DNA from: Stegostoma tigrinum
Lineage: Eukaryota
NCBI RefSeq assembly: GCF_030684315.1
Contig: NC_081360.1
Location: 76,559,780 to 76,623,779 of the forward strand
Reading direction: 5' to 3'
DNA: 64,000 nt
Part shown: one piece after another, positions 1 through 14,354 of the stretch
Layout: every line of letters starts with the position of its first letter
Position numbering within the stretch: the first letter of the stretch is position 1
Program-made: the position numbers and the translations under genes
The notes under the pieces: model-generated
What the model was told of the DNA's origin: nothing
Seen by the model: only the letters and a program-made list of their open reading frames with translations
Database searches by the model: none

Positions 1-849
1 GTGGCCGAGTACAGAACTCGAAAAGAATTTCACAATCTTGATAGATGTTAATAGTGCTCAGATTACCATTACTGTAAGCATGGAGGCAGGTAACTTTTAA
101 CAAGATTGAAGAATGGCCCAGCAAGTGACCAAAATAACTGCGCAACACAAGTTTGGGTTTCAAGAATAACACATGAAAATCAACTTTGAACAAACATTAC
201 TTTTCAAGCAACTAATACACTAAATTCAGGAGCAAGTTCTTTCCCTATTAACTGGTTATTACGGCCAAAAGCAATGTTTATACATCACTCCAGAGTGGAG
301 TATCAGTTTTGAAGGGAAATAATCATGGATGCTTTAAAGAAAGGCATATGGTTAGGTAGAATTTAGGCTTTGTAATTTGGTTAATCAGGAGAATCTAACT
401 ATTACGCATGCCAACATGAATATTTACCTCACTACCAATGGCACTGAAAGAAGAGCGTCCAGTAATTTTTGACAGTGGTAACTGTGGGATCTTGCTGTGC
501 ACAATTTGGCATTTCAATGCAACAATAGCTGCACAACAGACCGGTGTTTCTGGCTGCAAAATTTTTTTATGCTGTCCTAAATTTTTTTAGGTGCATGACA
601 TAAATATAAGCTGTTTATTTCAACAGTACTGTTTCCTCAATCAAACAAAGTTATTTTAAATAAAAGTATATTTTGACAAAGAGTATAATATATCAGGTAG
701 GTACCATCTTGGTCTTTATTAGGTGGTTGCCCTATATTACAAACTCCATTGAGACAAGTAACTATTATTGTGGTGCTTGAATTTCCAAGCAAGCCATCAA
801 AACAATTAATGATGGGATTCCTCATTTTAAGACTTACTATGACTAGCCT

Positions 850-3382
850 GCACACCTTTCCCCAACTCCCACCCCCACCCCGGTGTGGTATCCACTATCC
901 CTCCTAACCTTCTGCTCTCTGATGCTGAAAGTTCTGTACTCAGCAACAGCCTCAGCTATATCCCTCTGCATCCTCATCCTAACGAATTTCGGGCACGGCA
1001 TGCCACCAAACTCTTCTTCTACTGTCTTCGCCTCTGTGCTCATTTCTTTGGACAAGAGTCCTCTCCCCATCCCACAGAACCCTTTGCCCAACTCCAATAC
1101 TCTCCCTCCATCTGGACCCCTCCCTCCAGCCTTTTACCTGCACTCGATCTTTTCATTGAGAACTGTCATTGTGACATTAGTCGCCCCAATTTCACTGCCC
1201 CTCTCAACAAATTCAACCTATCTCCCCTTGAACTGACTGCACTCCATGCGCTCAGATCTAACCCTAACTTTGTCATCAAGCCTGCCGATAAGGGTGGTGC
1301 TTTTGTAGTCTGGCGTACTGACCTCTACCTTGCAGAGGTTGAGCACCAGCTCTCAGATACATCCTCCTACCTTCCCCTGGACCATGGCACATCAGGCCAT
1401 TGTATCCACGATAGTTCTGGATCTCATTTCATCAGGAGATCTTCCCCCATCTGCTTCCAAGCTAATGGTCCCCCAACCCCACACAGCTCGTTTCTACCTC
1501 CTGCCAAAATTCCACAAACAGGACTGTCGAGGTAGACCTATTGTTTCAGCCTGCTCATGCCCCACAAAACTCATCTCTTCCTACCTTGACTCAGTTTTCT
1601 CCCCCCCCCACCCCCCCACCCCCCGTCCAATCCCTTCCCACATACATCCATGATTCATCTAATGCCTTACGCTGGTTTCAAAACTTCCAGTTTACTGGCT
1701 CCAGCCACCTCCTCTTTACCATGAATGTGCAATTCCTTTACACATCTATTCCCCACCAAGAGGGTCTCAGGACTCTCCGCTTCTTCCTGGAGCAAAAACC
1801 TGAACAATCCCATCACCCTCCTCTGTTTTGTTGAGCTGGCCCTCGCCCTCAACAACTTCTCTTTCAACTCCTCTCATTTTCTTCAGGGTACCTGCATGGG
1901 CTGTAGTTATACCTGTCTCTTCATGAGGTATGTGCAACATTCCTTGTTCCAGTCTTTTTCTGGCCCCCACCCACAACTCTCTCTCTGATAATTGATGATA
2001 TCATTGGTTCTGCTTCCCTCTCTCATATGGAATTGGAAAACTTCATTAATTTCATCTCCAAATTCCACCCTGCCTTCACTTTCACCTGGTCTACCCCTGA
2101 CTCCTCCTTACCCTTCCTCGACATTTCTGTTTCCATTTCTGGGGATAGACTGGCCACTAATATCCATTAAAAACCCACTGACTCCAACAAATACCTGGAC
2201 TATATATCCTCACACCCCACTTCCTGTAAAGCCTCTATCCCAGTCTCTCAGTTCCTCTGTCTCCGTTGCATATGTTCAGATGAGGGCAACTTTGACAAGG
2301 GACCCTCTGAAATGTCCACCTTCTTCCTCAACCAAGGATTCCCCAGCTCCATTATCGACAAGGCGCTTAACCAGGTCCGGCCCATCTCCCGCACTTCCGC
2401 TCTCAACCCCTTTTGTCCCACCTGCAACAGTGATAGGGTTCCCCTTATCCTCACCTACTATCCCACCAGCATCCACATCCAGAAGATCATCAGACGCCAT
2501 TTCTGCTACCTCCAGCAAGATGCCACCACCAGACACATATTCCCCTCCCCTCCCTTGTCTGTCTTCCAAAGGGACCTTTCCCTCCGGGACACCCTGGCCC
2601 ACACTTCCCTCAACCCCAGCTCCTCCCTACAGTCCCCGGCACCTTGTCCTGTAACCAGCGAAGGTGCCACACCTGCCCAGTTACCTTCACCCTCCCCAGT
2701 ATCTAATGGCCCAAACATACCTTCCAGGTGAAGCAACACTTCACCTGCACTTCCCAGAACCTAGTCTACTGCATTCGCTGCTCACAATGTGGTCTCCTCT
2801 ATATTGGGGAAACAAAGCATAGACTTGGTGACCACTTCGCAGAAAATCTACATTCTGCTCCCAATAAAGACCCTGAACTATCTTTCACCTGCCACTTCAA
2901 TGTCCCACCTTGCTCCCTGCCCAAGATCTCTGTCTCTGGCTTGCGACAGTGTTCCAGTGAAGTTCAGCGCAAGCTGGAGGAACAACACCTCATTTTCCGC
3001 TTGGGGACCCTAAAGCCCTCCGGACTCAATATTGAGGTCAATAATTTTAGGGCCTAAACTTCCCCGTGTCCCAGTCCCCACCCCACACACCAGGCCTTGT
3101 TACCGCATAGCCTATCATTACAGACCCCTGGTTGCTAATCACTAACGTTCCCCATTAATAACTATTCACTCACCCAGCCTGATCATTAGTAACTCTTTTG
3201 TCTGTCCAATAGTCTTTCCGTCTCTTTGCGTTCTATCCTATCGTTTACTCCCTACCACACCCACGTCCCTATTTTCTGACATTTTCCCAGCCACCATCAG
3301 TTCTGAAACATTAACTCTGTTTTCTCCTTCATATATGCTCCCAGACCTGCTGAGCATTTCTATTAACTTTGTTTTTGTTCGT
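850..3382 (+). mobile_element. Penelope-like retroelement (Neptune-type), frameshifted RT + GIY-YIG endonuclease + 3' tail
   Basis: Broken ORFs with PLE RT motifs ([13 protein letters not shown]; [21 protein letters not shown]; FTMNVQFLYTSIPH) and a GIY-YIG domain (LVYCIRCSQCGLLYIGETKHRLGDHFAENL...GLN). Boundaries approximate. Confidence 0.9.
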
Positions 3383-3729
3383 GAATTGAATACAACACTG
3401 GCTGAAAGCACAACCAACTATAAATTTGAGCCCATCCAAAACTCTTGTTGCCGGTATTCTAACAGTTCACACGAAAATTTAAAAATTTCACACTTTTGTT
3501 CAATATGGTACCTAAGGTTACAATTTCCACAACCTGTTCAAGTCCTATTTCACTCTGAAATTTCTGTGGTTCTCGATTCATCCAGCTTAAATCGTCAGCA
3601 CAGTGATGGAAAACAGTACGAGCATTGTCGCGATGTGGTACTCACTCAGCAACAATGTTACGATGCTCAGCTTTGGTTCTGACAAGTGCATTGCACTTCA
3701 AATTCCCAGTCCTTCAATCAAACATAGGC

Positions 3730-4090
3730 AAAGGAGCTGAATTCCAGAGGTGAAGTGAGAGTCAATGCCTTTGAAATCAAGGCAACGTTTAACCATGTGT
3801 AGCATCAAAGAGCTTAAGGTAAACTGGTGTCAGTTAGAATCAGGAGAAACTCTCCACAAGCTTGAGATGTACCTAGCACAAAGGAAGATTAATGTGGTTG
3901 CTGCAAGCAAAATATCTAATTTCCAGGACAGCTGTGCTGGAGCCCCTCAGGTTAGTGTCCTGTGACCAAACATCTTCACAGCAGGAATGATTTACCTTTC
4001 AGTATAAGGGTGCTGATGATTGCACCTTACCAAGTGAGACTCCTCGAATACTAAGCTAGCCCATGCTCACATGAAGCAAGATGCAATGGA
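3730..4090 (+). mobile_element. Decayed L2/CR1-group LINE RT fragment
   Basis: Recognisable RT nucleotide motifs (aaggcaacgtttaaccatgtgt; gagcccctcaggttagtgtcctgtgacca; gctgatgattgcac). Confidence 0.5.
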
Positions 4091-5179
4091 GGAATGAATT
4101 GTTAAAATGCCAGATAATCTCCAGCTCCAACAAGAAGGAACCCGACCTGGAAAGCTGTTGTTTATTTGTTGTGTACGTAGAAGTATACAGGACTGCACTT
4201 GCTCATCTCACTTGAAGTCACACAATTTGCACCAGGACATAGATTTAGATTATAACTGTGTGAAGAATTTTAGTGGAATACTGGCATACAATTTTCTGGA
4301 CTCTTATACTGTTGGAAACTCTGCAGGTCTGGCTCACTAATCCAAGGCCACTTTGTTAAACTGATGACTTGAAAAAGTCTGGAATGTTACAATGGCAGCA
4401 GCTGATCTTTTAGCCATGTAAGGCACACACTATATATGTTTAAATAAGCTAGGTTATCGTCGTGGCAATGCACCCCTTACACGTACACTTGGTCATTGAA
4501 TGTACGGACTGGAAAGCAGAAAAGGATTGCCAGTTACCCAGGGGAGAAGCTTCAAACAGAAACATAAATCTGAAAAGATTGCAGTTTTTAAAATAGTCAT
4601 TGGGCTGCATGTTGCATTCTTGTGCTGGGACCGTTGTGAGATAGATGTAATATCTTTTGTGTGTTTGCTATTCTATAGTCAGTGCGTGTCAGACAGATTT
4701 AACTTAGGTGAAAGCCTCATTTGCTAAACAAGCACCTCCATGATGTTGCTTTTTGTAATAACTGCATTGTGAGATTCAACTGTATAAGCTGGAGTGAATT
4801 GTTTTAAACTTTTTAAGATTTTAGCAAACAGTCCAGATTTGATAATTGTGATAAATGTAAGTATAAAAGTAATCTCTCCTATTATTTCTCTCCAATAGGA
4901 AATTGAGTATTTGTTAAGTATTTATGTTAATATGTCACAGTTGCATCAATAATTCCAAGGTCACAAAAGGCATACGTCTACATCTAGTATAGCATTTTTT
5001 TAATGTTAGTTCAGCCTTAGCATCATCATGACAGTGAAATCAAGCCTTCCTTCATTGTTTGTTCTTAAAGATTATTCACTAAAATTACTAATCAGAAAAT
5101 CTGTTTTGTGTAATGCTGGCAACTGAATTCTATGCAATCTGTTTAATGGCACTGTTGAATTGGGAAAGTTACTTAATCA

Positions 5180-5338
<159 letters not shown>

Positions 5339-5816
5339 TCATGTGATCATTGTCGTTTCTCATTAGTAGTCTTTTAATCTTGAAATACATCTTACCTGGT
5401 CAAATTACAAAGGAACGCAGATCATTTTATTGTATTATTGGTGATAGATTGATACTAGAAGCAAAATTTGTCAGTCCACTTGGTAGATGGTGTGGGGCTG
5501 AATGTTGTATTATGGGGAAGGTACACAAATGGATTTCCTGACTCCCTTAAATCAGTCCAGAGTGGGAATGGTCCAGATCTGTCTTCTACCTGATCAAAAG
5601 TTAAGAAACTGAAATAGTCATGTGAGGGTCTCATGTTGCCACCACTGGCAGCACTCAGTTGGGGTCGAGGGCAGGACTAGAGTTTTGGATTGCATGCCAT
5701 GTGAGAAAGCCACCAGGCATATCCTGGCAGGTATTTCTGTGCCAGGTGGGATGCGTCCATTGTTCTTTCACATAGAGGGACATGCAAGGCAGCTATCCAC
5801 AGGAAACCAAACCATT

Positions 5817-6156
5817 GGCGGCATGGCAACTCAGTGTGAGCACTGCTGTCTTACAGCGCCAGGGAGCCAGTTCAATTCCAGCTTTGGATGACTGTTTGTG
5901 TGGGGTTTGAATGCTCTCCCAATGTCTGCATGAGTTTCCACTACCTCCTCCAGTTTCCTCCCACTGTCCACAGATGTGCAAGTTAGGTGGAGTGGCCATG
6001 CTAAATTTCCCACAGTGTTCAGGGATGTGTAGGTAGGGTGCATTAGCCATAGGAAATGTAGGGTTAGGGGTATGGGTCTGGGTGGGATGCTCTTCGGAGG
6101 ATTGGTGTGGACTTGTTGGGCTGAATGACCTGTTTCCACACTGTGGGGATTCTATG
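5817..6156 (+). mobile_element. tRNA-derived SINE (HE1/V-SINE-like)
   Basis: tRNA-like head with A/B-box remnants (ggcggcatggcaactcagtg...gttcaattcc), central gtttcctcccactgtcc core, and CR1-like tail (ttgggctgaatgacctgtttccacactg). Homologous to copies at 48.7, 52.2 and 55.2 kb. Confidence 0.85.
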
Positions 6157-9100
6157 GCCCATATTGCTACAATTAGGCCTTGTGTGATATTTTTCAGTTG
6201 CCTTGATATTCTCTAGCATATTGATGAACGTGCAAATAGGCTAGTATATGTCATCAAATGATTTAATAATTGGAGCAATGTTAGTCAGCAAATAGAACCT
6301 GTTTGAACAACACTCCTGGACATTTTTAACCATTAATAAGCAACTCTTCCTTTAGTTTACCAATTATTGCTACAGCCTTGGAACAATTTATGTTGTGAGT
6401 CAATAAAACATGCAGGGCCTCCCTGTGATCTGGGAATTCAACAATGTTCAAGAGCCTTGGCTGATTACAATATCAAGAGTGCCTACAGTATCCATTGATG
6501 TTGCCATTACTGAAAGTTTGTCAGTTTCTAATTACTTAGCAACTCTCAACGCTGGAATAGCAACCTTGAAAGAAAAAACGTATGGGAAACACAACCCTAC
6601 AGGAGCTAGAAACCGTGACAGGTGTAGTCAGCTGACTAATTGGGATTTACTCAAAATAATGACCTCGGTTAAGTTCCCAGTTGGTGTACGGGTCCACTGC
6701 TGCAGCCTTTAAATTCTACTCTGTTTCGCTGTCAGATAATGTCCATGTGAGGACTGGTAGCTACATCAGTGCAAATCGTCACTTTTAGATAAAGATTTTA
6801 CATCCCAAGTGCACATCATGATCAATGACCATGTTGTCCCTTATTCAAAATAAATGGATGAGACAACATATCAAACCTTTTACATCATCTCTGGGATAAT
6901 GCCACTGTGATCAGGTTTCCGTCGGTTTTATACACATTAATCAGATGGCTGATCTCTTTGTGATTAGCTGAATATAAAGATGTTCACTAAAGTGCTCTTG
7001 TGATGCAGCGGTAGTGTTCCTACCTCCAGGCCTTAGGCCTAGGTTCAAGTCCTGCTTGCTCCAAAGGTGTGTCATAACACACCTGAGCAGGTTATCTACA
7101 CTCTAATTAGAGATTGACAGGAGATCGGCAAAATAATAAAAGCCTGAAGACAGAAAATTCAATTGTTTAACATTTAAATAGTTCTCATAATATTTTGAGA
7201 AGACCATATTAAAATTTACACATATAAACATATCTTGATTTGATATAAAATGCAGTAAATTTGTACTTGGTTTTGCCAAGAAATGATTGATTTCCACAAC
7301 ATTTTTATTCTTTAGTCGCTGTTCAGAAGACATCTTCATGCTCCAAATGTTTTGCACAGCAAACCATTTCTCATGAATTGCACATTTTAGGAAGGCAAGC
7401 GAAATACTTTGTTGTGGTATATATCTGGCATTTATGAGCACAAAGCTCTGCATATTGTACTGCATTTCTGCTGCATTATTCATTAACTGTTCCATGGCAT
7501 CATAGTGAATCATCATCAAAAATAACTTGATTCTAAATGACTGTATGTTTGACTCCCTGATTTTAATACAGTACCAACAACTTTACATGGAAACATCTTC
7601 CATTTCCAATTGTGCTATATAGGAAATATCATATATTCCCAGCAATGATATGACAGAGTGTCATTGCAATAATGCAATTTCTTTCAACTATACCCTGGTT
7701 ATTTTTTACCAACTTGACTCGGTGAAAAACAGTGGTTGAAGTGAAGGAATATACATGTGTTACTTTCCAAATGAGTGACTTATAAAGATGACTCATGTAT
7801 CTCTAAAGTAAAAATACCAGTGCACTGACTAGAACACTTGCTGTGGGTCAAAATGCTAGAAATCAGCTTTGTTTTGCAGTGCAATTTGTGAGATTATCCG
7901 ATGAGTTCAAACTGTTGCCCATGAGAATGAGGCTCATGTACTTTGTTGAAATTATCTATTAAGGTGCAGCAATTAAATGTAAATGAACTGTGGCAGTCCA
8001 ACACCCACCTTCTAATGATCAGCAGCATTGACAGGAATGAACTGCTTGTCACAGTGTGTTGCTAAACGATGTAAATGAACAAGAGCAGGACAGGAAACTG
8101 AGAAAATGGGAGACATTTCTCCACAAGATAATGCTTCAAATTTATGCAACCATAGTTTTGTACTCAAACTTGAACAGAATAACTGCCTGCTTGCAATGTC
8201 ATTGAAAACCTATTGCGATTATCTGAAACAGAAAATGAATTAACAGTTCCAACTATACGCCAGATTTATGACTGAGGCCAATTTATGTTATATAGGCGAG
8301 GGCATTAGTGTTTGGTGGAGCAAAATTGCTAGATAGAGTTCAGAACATGGACATTATATTTGCTATATATTAATAATTGCTACGTACGATTGGCCATTTG
8401 TCATCTACTTTCCTTGGATAAGCTATTGATTTTCTCCGGAGGTTTGCCCAAGATCTATGTTTAATGTGAAAAGAATGTTAAAAGAAAATCTCAACAACTT
8501 TGCCTAAGGTTTGTGTCAAGTAGAAAAGCTTTATGAATCCCTTTGCCTGCTGTTCCTCATAGGACATATAAAATGTTAATAGAAAGGCAAGATTTAGTTC
8601 AATGTTCAACATGAAAAAAGGTCAGGGAAATGGATTCCATCAAAATGTTTGCTGTGTGGAATTTGAAGGCAAACAAAATTACAGTATGACTGAAATTCCT
8701 ACTCTGTACACTTTAACCAACCTACAACAGAAGAATATAGATGGACTTTTCCAGGAAGAGAAATGCAAAACCAGTTTATAGTAAGACTGCAGAATACAGC
8801 AGTGGTTCACTCTTGTTGAAATATTATACATGCTGGACATTTTTCAAATCCTTTGACTGTGCATCACTGTTTACTACACCATACACAATGACAGAAATAG
8901 GGCATACCTAAAGTAAAAGCAAAAATAATTTCTTAAATCAGACTACAATGTATAAAAGACGATCAAATTTTAAGGCTAATCAACAAGATACAAAGGATTT
9001 GAAGTTTAGATACTCACAAGAATATTTTGGCTGTTTCCACTTGTAACAGCTTACAGGACAAATGTCAGTAAGACTAAAACAGTTGGAATCCATCATAGGA

Positions 9101-9599
9101 TTAATGCAATAATGCTTCTGCACAATGATTGTCTTCAGATAGTGTATTCTGAAAACTTCAGCTGGATAACTGGGCAACACATAAAATACTCTTACATGCA
9201 ATGAAACTTCCAACATTACATACATATATAATACATATATGGTGCCTTTCCTTTAATGCATTTTTTCATCAGCCAATTAATTACACAGAAACCTTTTCCA
9301 ATATTAGTGAGTAAATGGTCACTTGGAATGTGGCAGAATGAGCTCCAAGTGACTTAACCACTGATATTTCTGCCATGGCATACCAAGGATGTGGGCCAAG
9401 TGCTGGAAAATGGAATTAGACTGGATCGATGGTTGTTTTTAACGGGTGCTGATTCACGGGCCTAATGGCCTCATTCTGTCCTCTACAATTCTGTAGTTTC
9501 CCACTTTGCTGCCAGCAAGTACTGAAATTCTGCTTGAATCACAGCCAGTGGCAAATCAGACTTGTGTTTCAGCTAGCCAGTTTAAGAGTGGAATTCCAC

Positions 9600-10500
9600 C
9601 ACTCTAGCAGCCGTCAGGTTATTAACCTGCATCAATGATGTTTCCTCCATCGTATGGTCAGATGGAGGGATTTCAATACCCAGCACTGTGCAACTCCTCA
9701 GATACTGAGGCAATCTGTGCTTACGTGCATCAGACCTGGAAAACATCCAGGCTTGGGCTGGTAAGTGGCAAGTAAAAGTAGTGCCACGCAAATGCCAGGC
9801 ACTCACCATCTCCTACAAATAGAATCTTTCAACTGCATCTTTCGGACGTTACCATTGCTGAATCATTTGCTATCATCATTTCGGGGTTACCATTGAGCAG
9901 AAATTGTACTGGAACAGCCATTTAAACATCTGGATACATCAGAATAAGGTTCTAGACCCAAAATGTCAGCCACCCTGCTCCTCTGATGCTGCTTGGCCTG
10001 CTGTGTACATCCAGATCTACACCTTGTTATCTCAGATTCTCCAGCATTGGCAGTTCCTACTATCTCTGATACAACAGAAGGTAGGATTTCTGTGGAACTT
10101 TCTGTCTCTCACCGTCTGTACAAGGCAAAGGCCAGGAGTGCAATGGAATAAACTCATTGTGCCTGGAAGAATGCAGTTCCAACAACAGTCAAGAAGCTTG
10201 ACAATATTCAGAACAAAGCAGCCCAGTTGATTAGTGTCCTATTCACTACCTTCAATCTCTCCCTTCATCACCGCCACACTGTTATAGCAGTGCATATACC
10301 ATTTACAAGATGGTCCACAGTAATTCAGAAGGGCTTCTTTAAAAGCATCTTCCAAACCCATGATCTTTACAAACTGACAGAAATATGCTATACACCAAGG
10401 ACTGCAGCAATCAGAAATGCAACACGCCCACTGCCTTCTCCTAGGCAAATAAGAATGGCCAACAAAAGCCAGCCTAGCAGTGATACTAATGAATTAAATA
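9600..10500 (+). mobile_element. Decayed L2-like LINE 3' portion, interrupted by a Penelope terminal fragment
   Basis: Motifs acatccaggcttgggctggtaagtggcaagt; caaggcaaaggccaggagtgcaatggaata; tail ggccaacaaaagccagcctagcagtga. Confidence 0.55.
9945..10067 (+). mobile_element. Short Penelope-like terminal (pLTR) fragment
   Basis: Matches the 3' end of the 60-61 kb element. Starts inside hammerhead stem II. Flanked by gatacatcagaa (9933-9944) and gatacaacagaa (10068-10079), a 12-bp TSD with one mismatch. Confidence 0.8.
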
Positions 10501-10654
10501 CAGCCCCTTGAACATGATTAGACTCCATTTCTCTGCTTGCTACGTGTGCAAGTACAATTTGTCTGAGATCAGGCAAGCTATCAAAAAGAGAGAAACATTT
10601 CTAAAGCAAAAAAAAACAAAAATGAAAATAAAATTTCTGCAAACGTTACCACTT

Positions 10655-10992
10655 AGAACATAGAACATATAGAACATAGAACAATACAGCGCAGAACAGA
10701 CCGTTCGGCCCTCAATGTTGTGCCAACCCATGAACTAACCTAAGCCCATCCCCCAACACTATCCCATTGTCATTCATCTGCTTATCCAAGGACTGTTTAA
10801 GTGCCCCTAAAGTGGCTGAGTTAACTACATGGGCAGGCAGGGTGTTTCATGCCCTTACCACTCTCTGAGTAAAAAACCTGCCTCTGACATCTGTCTTAAA
10901 TCTATCACCCCTCAATTTGTAGCTGCGCCCCTCGTACAAGCTGACGTCATCATCCTCGGAAAAAGACTCTCACTGTCCACCCTATCTAATCC
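10655..10992 (-). mobile_element. CR1-clade LINE 3' end
   Basis: (AGAACAT)n tail followed by acagcgcagaacagaccgttcggccc, the reverse complement of the CR1 3' end seen at 25.8 kb. Confidence 0.8.
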
Positions 10993-12049
10993 ACTTATAA
11001 ATTAAATGGTGTAATGGAAGCCAGGTTCACACACTGGCCGTATCCCCAATTCAAGTCAATCTTCAGGCCAAGTTTCACTGAATTGCATCTATTTGTTGAA
11101 TGAGGTTCTTTAACATTGTGGCCTTCCCTATCTCCTCAGTTCAACGGACTGATTCCGAGCTGGCTGAGACACAGCCAGTGTACTGTGTTCAAGTAAATAA
11201 AGGGTGAGTTGGTGATGGGATACTGGCCTCTGTACAGTTATTGCAGATAATAATGTATTAATATGCATTAATTTAACTTTGTGAGGCATGGAAAAGCAAG
11301 AACATTGCCCACGTCTCACCACACTTTCCCTGGTCCTTTACAATTTGCCTCAGAAGAAATCTGCAGTCCATTCTTTGCCTGTCAACATTTGCCAACATAT
11401 CCTGTTATTCTCTTTACGTTGGAGGCAACTGGCTGACAGGATATTAATGAGAACTAAACACAAAAGAAAAGGGTCTAGTGTCCCTCAGCAACTTCAAAGC
11501 AGCAAGTCCAATGACTCCTCCCCCTTCAGAAGCATGGTAAGCATGCCTTGTAATCTCCATATCCATGGCAAAAATAGAATTCAGCTCACAAAGGACAAAT
11601 CTGAGTATTAAATAATTTTTGATTCAAAATATTCAGGAATATCAGGGGAGAAGAAAGAGGAAATGGATAAACGAAGGAGGAAAACATTTTAATGCATCAG
11701 GTATTTATGATCATATATGAAATGCCTGAAAGGGGTTGGGCGTTTAAAATAAAGTGAGATAATACATGAAAGGAATGAAACTATAGATTGAAGGGGAAAA
11801 GGTGGTGTTGTATATTTGGTAAGTATGGTGGGCTGTTTCTTAAGAGCCTAAACTCATGCAATAATGATGTAATTAGTCATTCTGAGTGGGAAGCAATTTA
11901 GTTTAACTTTATTACCTGTAGAATAAGCACCCTCATAATAAAACTCCTGCTATTTTAACACTCTTGATCATTCTTGAAAATTAACAGATGTGTGAGTAGG
12001 ACTGATTAAATTGCTCCTGCAGGAAGCTGACTTGTAATATCTACAAATA

Positions 12050-14055
12050 CATTGAGGATAACTTGGGAGAGAATAGGACTCTTTAAAGATCTCCAAGGCT
12101 GCCTATGGATGAAACTGCAGTAGATAGGGGAAATACTAAATGAGTACTTTGCATTGGTGTTTACTGCGGAGAAGGGAATGGAAGCAAGACGACTTTGCGA
12201 AATAAATAACAACATCTTGAAAAATATCCATACTGCAAAGGAGGAGGTGCTGGGCATCTTAAAATAGTGGTGGTCTTGTGGAATTCATTGCCACAGAGTG
12301 CAGTGGAGGCCAGGACGTTAGATGCCTTCAAGGCAGGGATCGATAAATTCTTGATCTCACAAGGAATCAAGGGCTAGTGGGGAGAGTGCAGGGAAGTGGA
12401 GTTGAAATGCCCATCAGCCATGATTTAAATGGCGGAGTGGACTTGATGGGCCAAATGGCCTTACTTCCACTCCCATGTCTTATGGTCTTATGGTCTTAAA
12501 ACACATGAAGGTGGATAAATGCTGGGATCCGGTCAGGTATACCCGAGAACTCTGTGGGAAGCTAGGGAAATGATTGCAGGGACCCTTGTTGAGATATTTG
12601 TATCATCGATAGCCACAGGTGAGGTGCAGAAGACTGGAGGTTAGCTAATGTTGTGTGAATATTTAAGAAAAGTGGTAAAGAAAAACCATGGAATAATAGG
12701 CTGGTGAGCTGGATATCCATGGTGGGCAAGATTTTGGAGGGGATCCTGAGGGACAGAATTTACATGTACTTGGAAAGGTAAGGACTGACAAGTGATAGTT
12801 AATGCAGCTTTAAGAATGGGAAATTGTGTCTCACTAAATTAATTGAATTTTTTGAACAGGCAACGAAGAAGATTGCTAAAGAGAATGGCGGACATGATCC
12901 ATATGGTCTTCAGTAAGGCGTTTGACAAGGTTCCTCACAATAAATTGTTAATGAGGTTTGATCACATGGAATATAGAGAGAACTAGCCATATGGATACAG
13001 AACTGGTGCAAACGTAGAAGACAGAGGGTGGAGGTGAAGGATGGTGGCGGAGGTTTGCTTTTCAGATTAGAGGCCTGAAACCAATAGTATGCCACAAAGT
13101 TTGATGCTGGGTCCACTGCTTTTTGTTATTCATATCAATGATTTAGATGTGAGCATAGGAAATATGGTAAGTAAGTTTGCAGAAGACAAAAAATTGGAGG
13201 TTGCAGTGGACAGCCAAGAAGGTTACCTCAGAGTACAATACGACCTTGATCAGATGGGCAGGAGTGGGTTTAGAGTTTAATTTAGAAAAATGTGTGTTGC
13301 TGCATTTTGGAAAGGCAAATCAGGGCTTAGTGGTAAGGTCCTGGGGTGTGTTGCTGATCAAAGAGACCTTGGATTGCAGGCTCATAGTCATTTGAAAGTG
13401 GACAGACAGGTAGACACCTTTGTAAAGAAAGTGCTTGGTATGTTTGCCTTTATTGGTCAGAGCATTGAGTATAGGAGTTTGGAAGTCATGTTGCAGCTGT
13501 ACTTCAATTAGGCCACCTTTGGAACGTTGCATTCAGTTCTTGTCTCCTTGCGGTTGGAAGGATATTGTGAAACTTGAAAAGGTTCAGAAAAGATTTCCAA
13601 GGATGTTGCCAGGGTTGGAGTGTTTGAGTCATAGGGAGAGGCTAAATAGGCTGGGGCTATTTTCCCTGGAATGTCAGAGGCTGAGGAGTGGCCTTATAGA
13701 AGTTTATAAAATCATGAGGGACACAGATTGCGTGAATAGGCAAAGTCTTTTGTCCAGGGGCAGCAGAGTCCAAAACAAAAGGGCATAGATTTATAGTGTG
13801 AGGGGAAAGATTTAAAAGAGCCTGAAGACGTAACATTTTCATGCAGAGGGTGTTGCATGAAAGGAATGAGCTGCTAGAGGAAGTGGTGGAGGCTGGCACA
13901 ATTACAATATTGAAAAGGTATCCAGTTGGGTATTTGAATAGGAAGGGATATGGGTCAAATGTTAGCAAATGGAACTAGATTAATTTCGAATATCTAGTTA
14001 GTGTGGATGAGTTGGACTGAAGCATTTGTTTCCATGCTGTACGCTCTATGGCTCT
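12050..14055 (+). mobile_element. CR1-clade LINE (HER1-like), decayed ORF2 RT region to 3' end
   Basis: Fragments PQSLMLGPLLFVIHINDLD..SKFAEDKK and LEKVQKRFPRMLPGLECLSHRERLNRLGLFSLE, plus a CR1 3' UTR. Confidence 0.9.
12265..12493 (+). mobile_element. Younger CR1 3' fragment nested in the older CR1
   Basis: Ends in a (TCTTATGG)n tail. Flanked by tcttaaaa at 12257-12264 and 12494-12501. Confidence 0.8.
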
Positions 14056-14354
14056 CTGGTCTGAATAGCTTCCACCTATGATGCAACTCTATTAACCCTA
14101 TGATTCCAAATATCACATCTCAAATTATTTGTTAACCCCTACTCGATCACCGTACGAGTCTACCTGTGAATGATTTTCAACTCACAAATATTGTATTTTG
14201 GAAAGAGAGTCAAATCTCAACTAATGTTTGACCATATTTCATTCAACAGGTTCATAAATTTTCCTGTGGATAGCACAGTGCAGCTGGCATTTTATCAGAA
14301 AAATGCCAAAATGAACAGGAACATACAGTATTTTTTGCAATCCAATGTGATTTT

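Noticed and set aside
4350-4800. Non-repetitive intronic stretch that might be a conserved enhancer or splicing element (also about 7700-8250)
   Set aside because: Cannot be supported without cross-species alignment.
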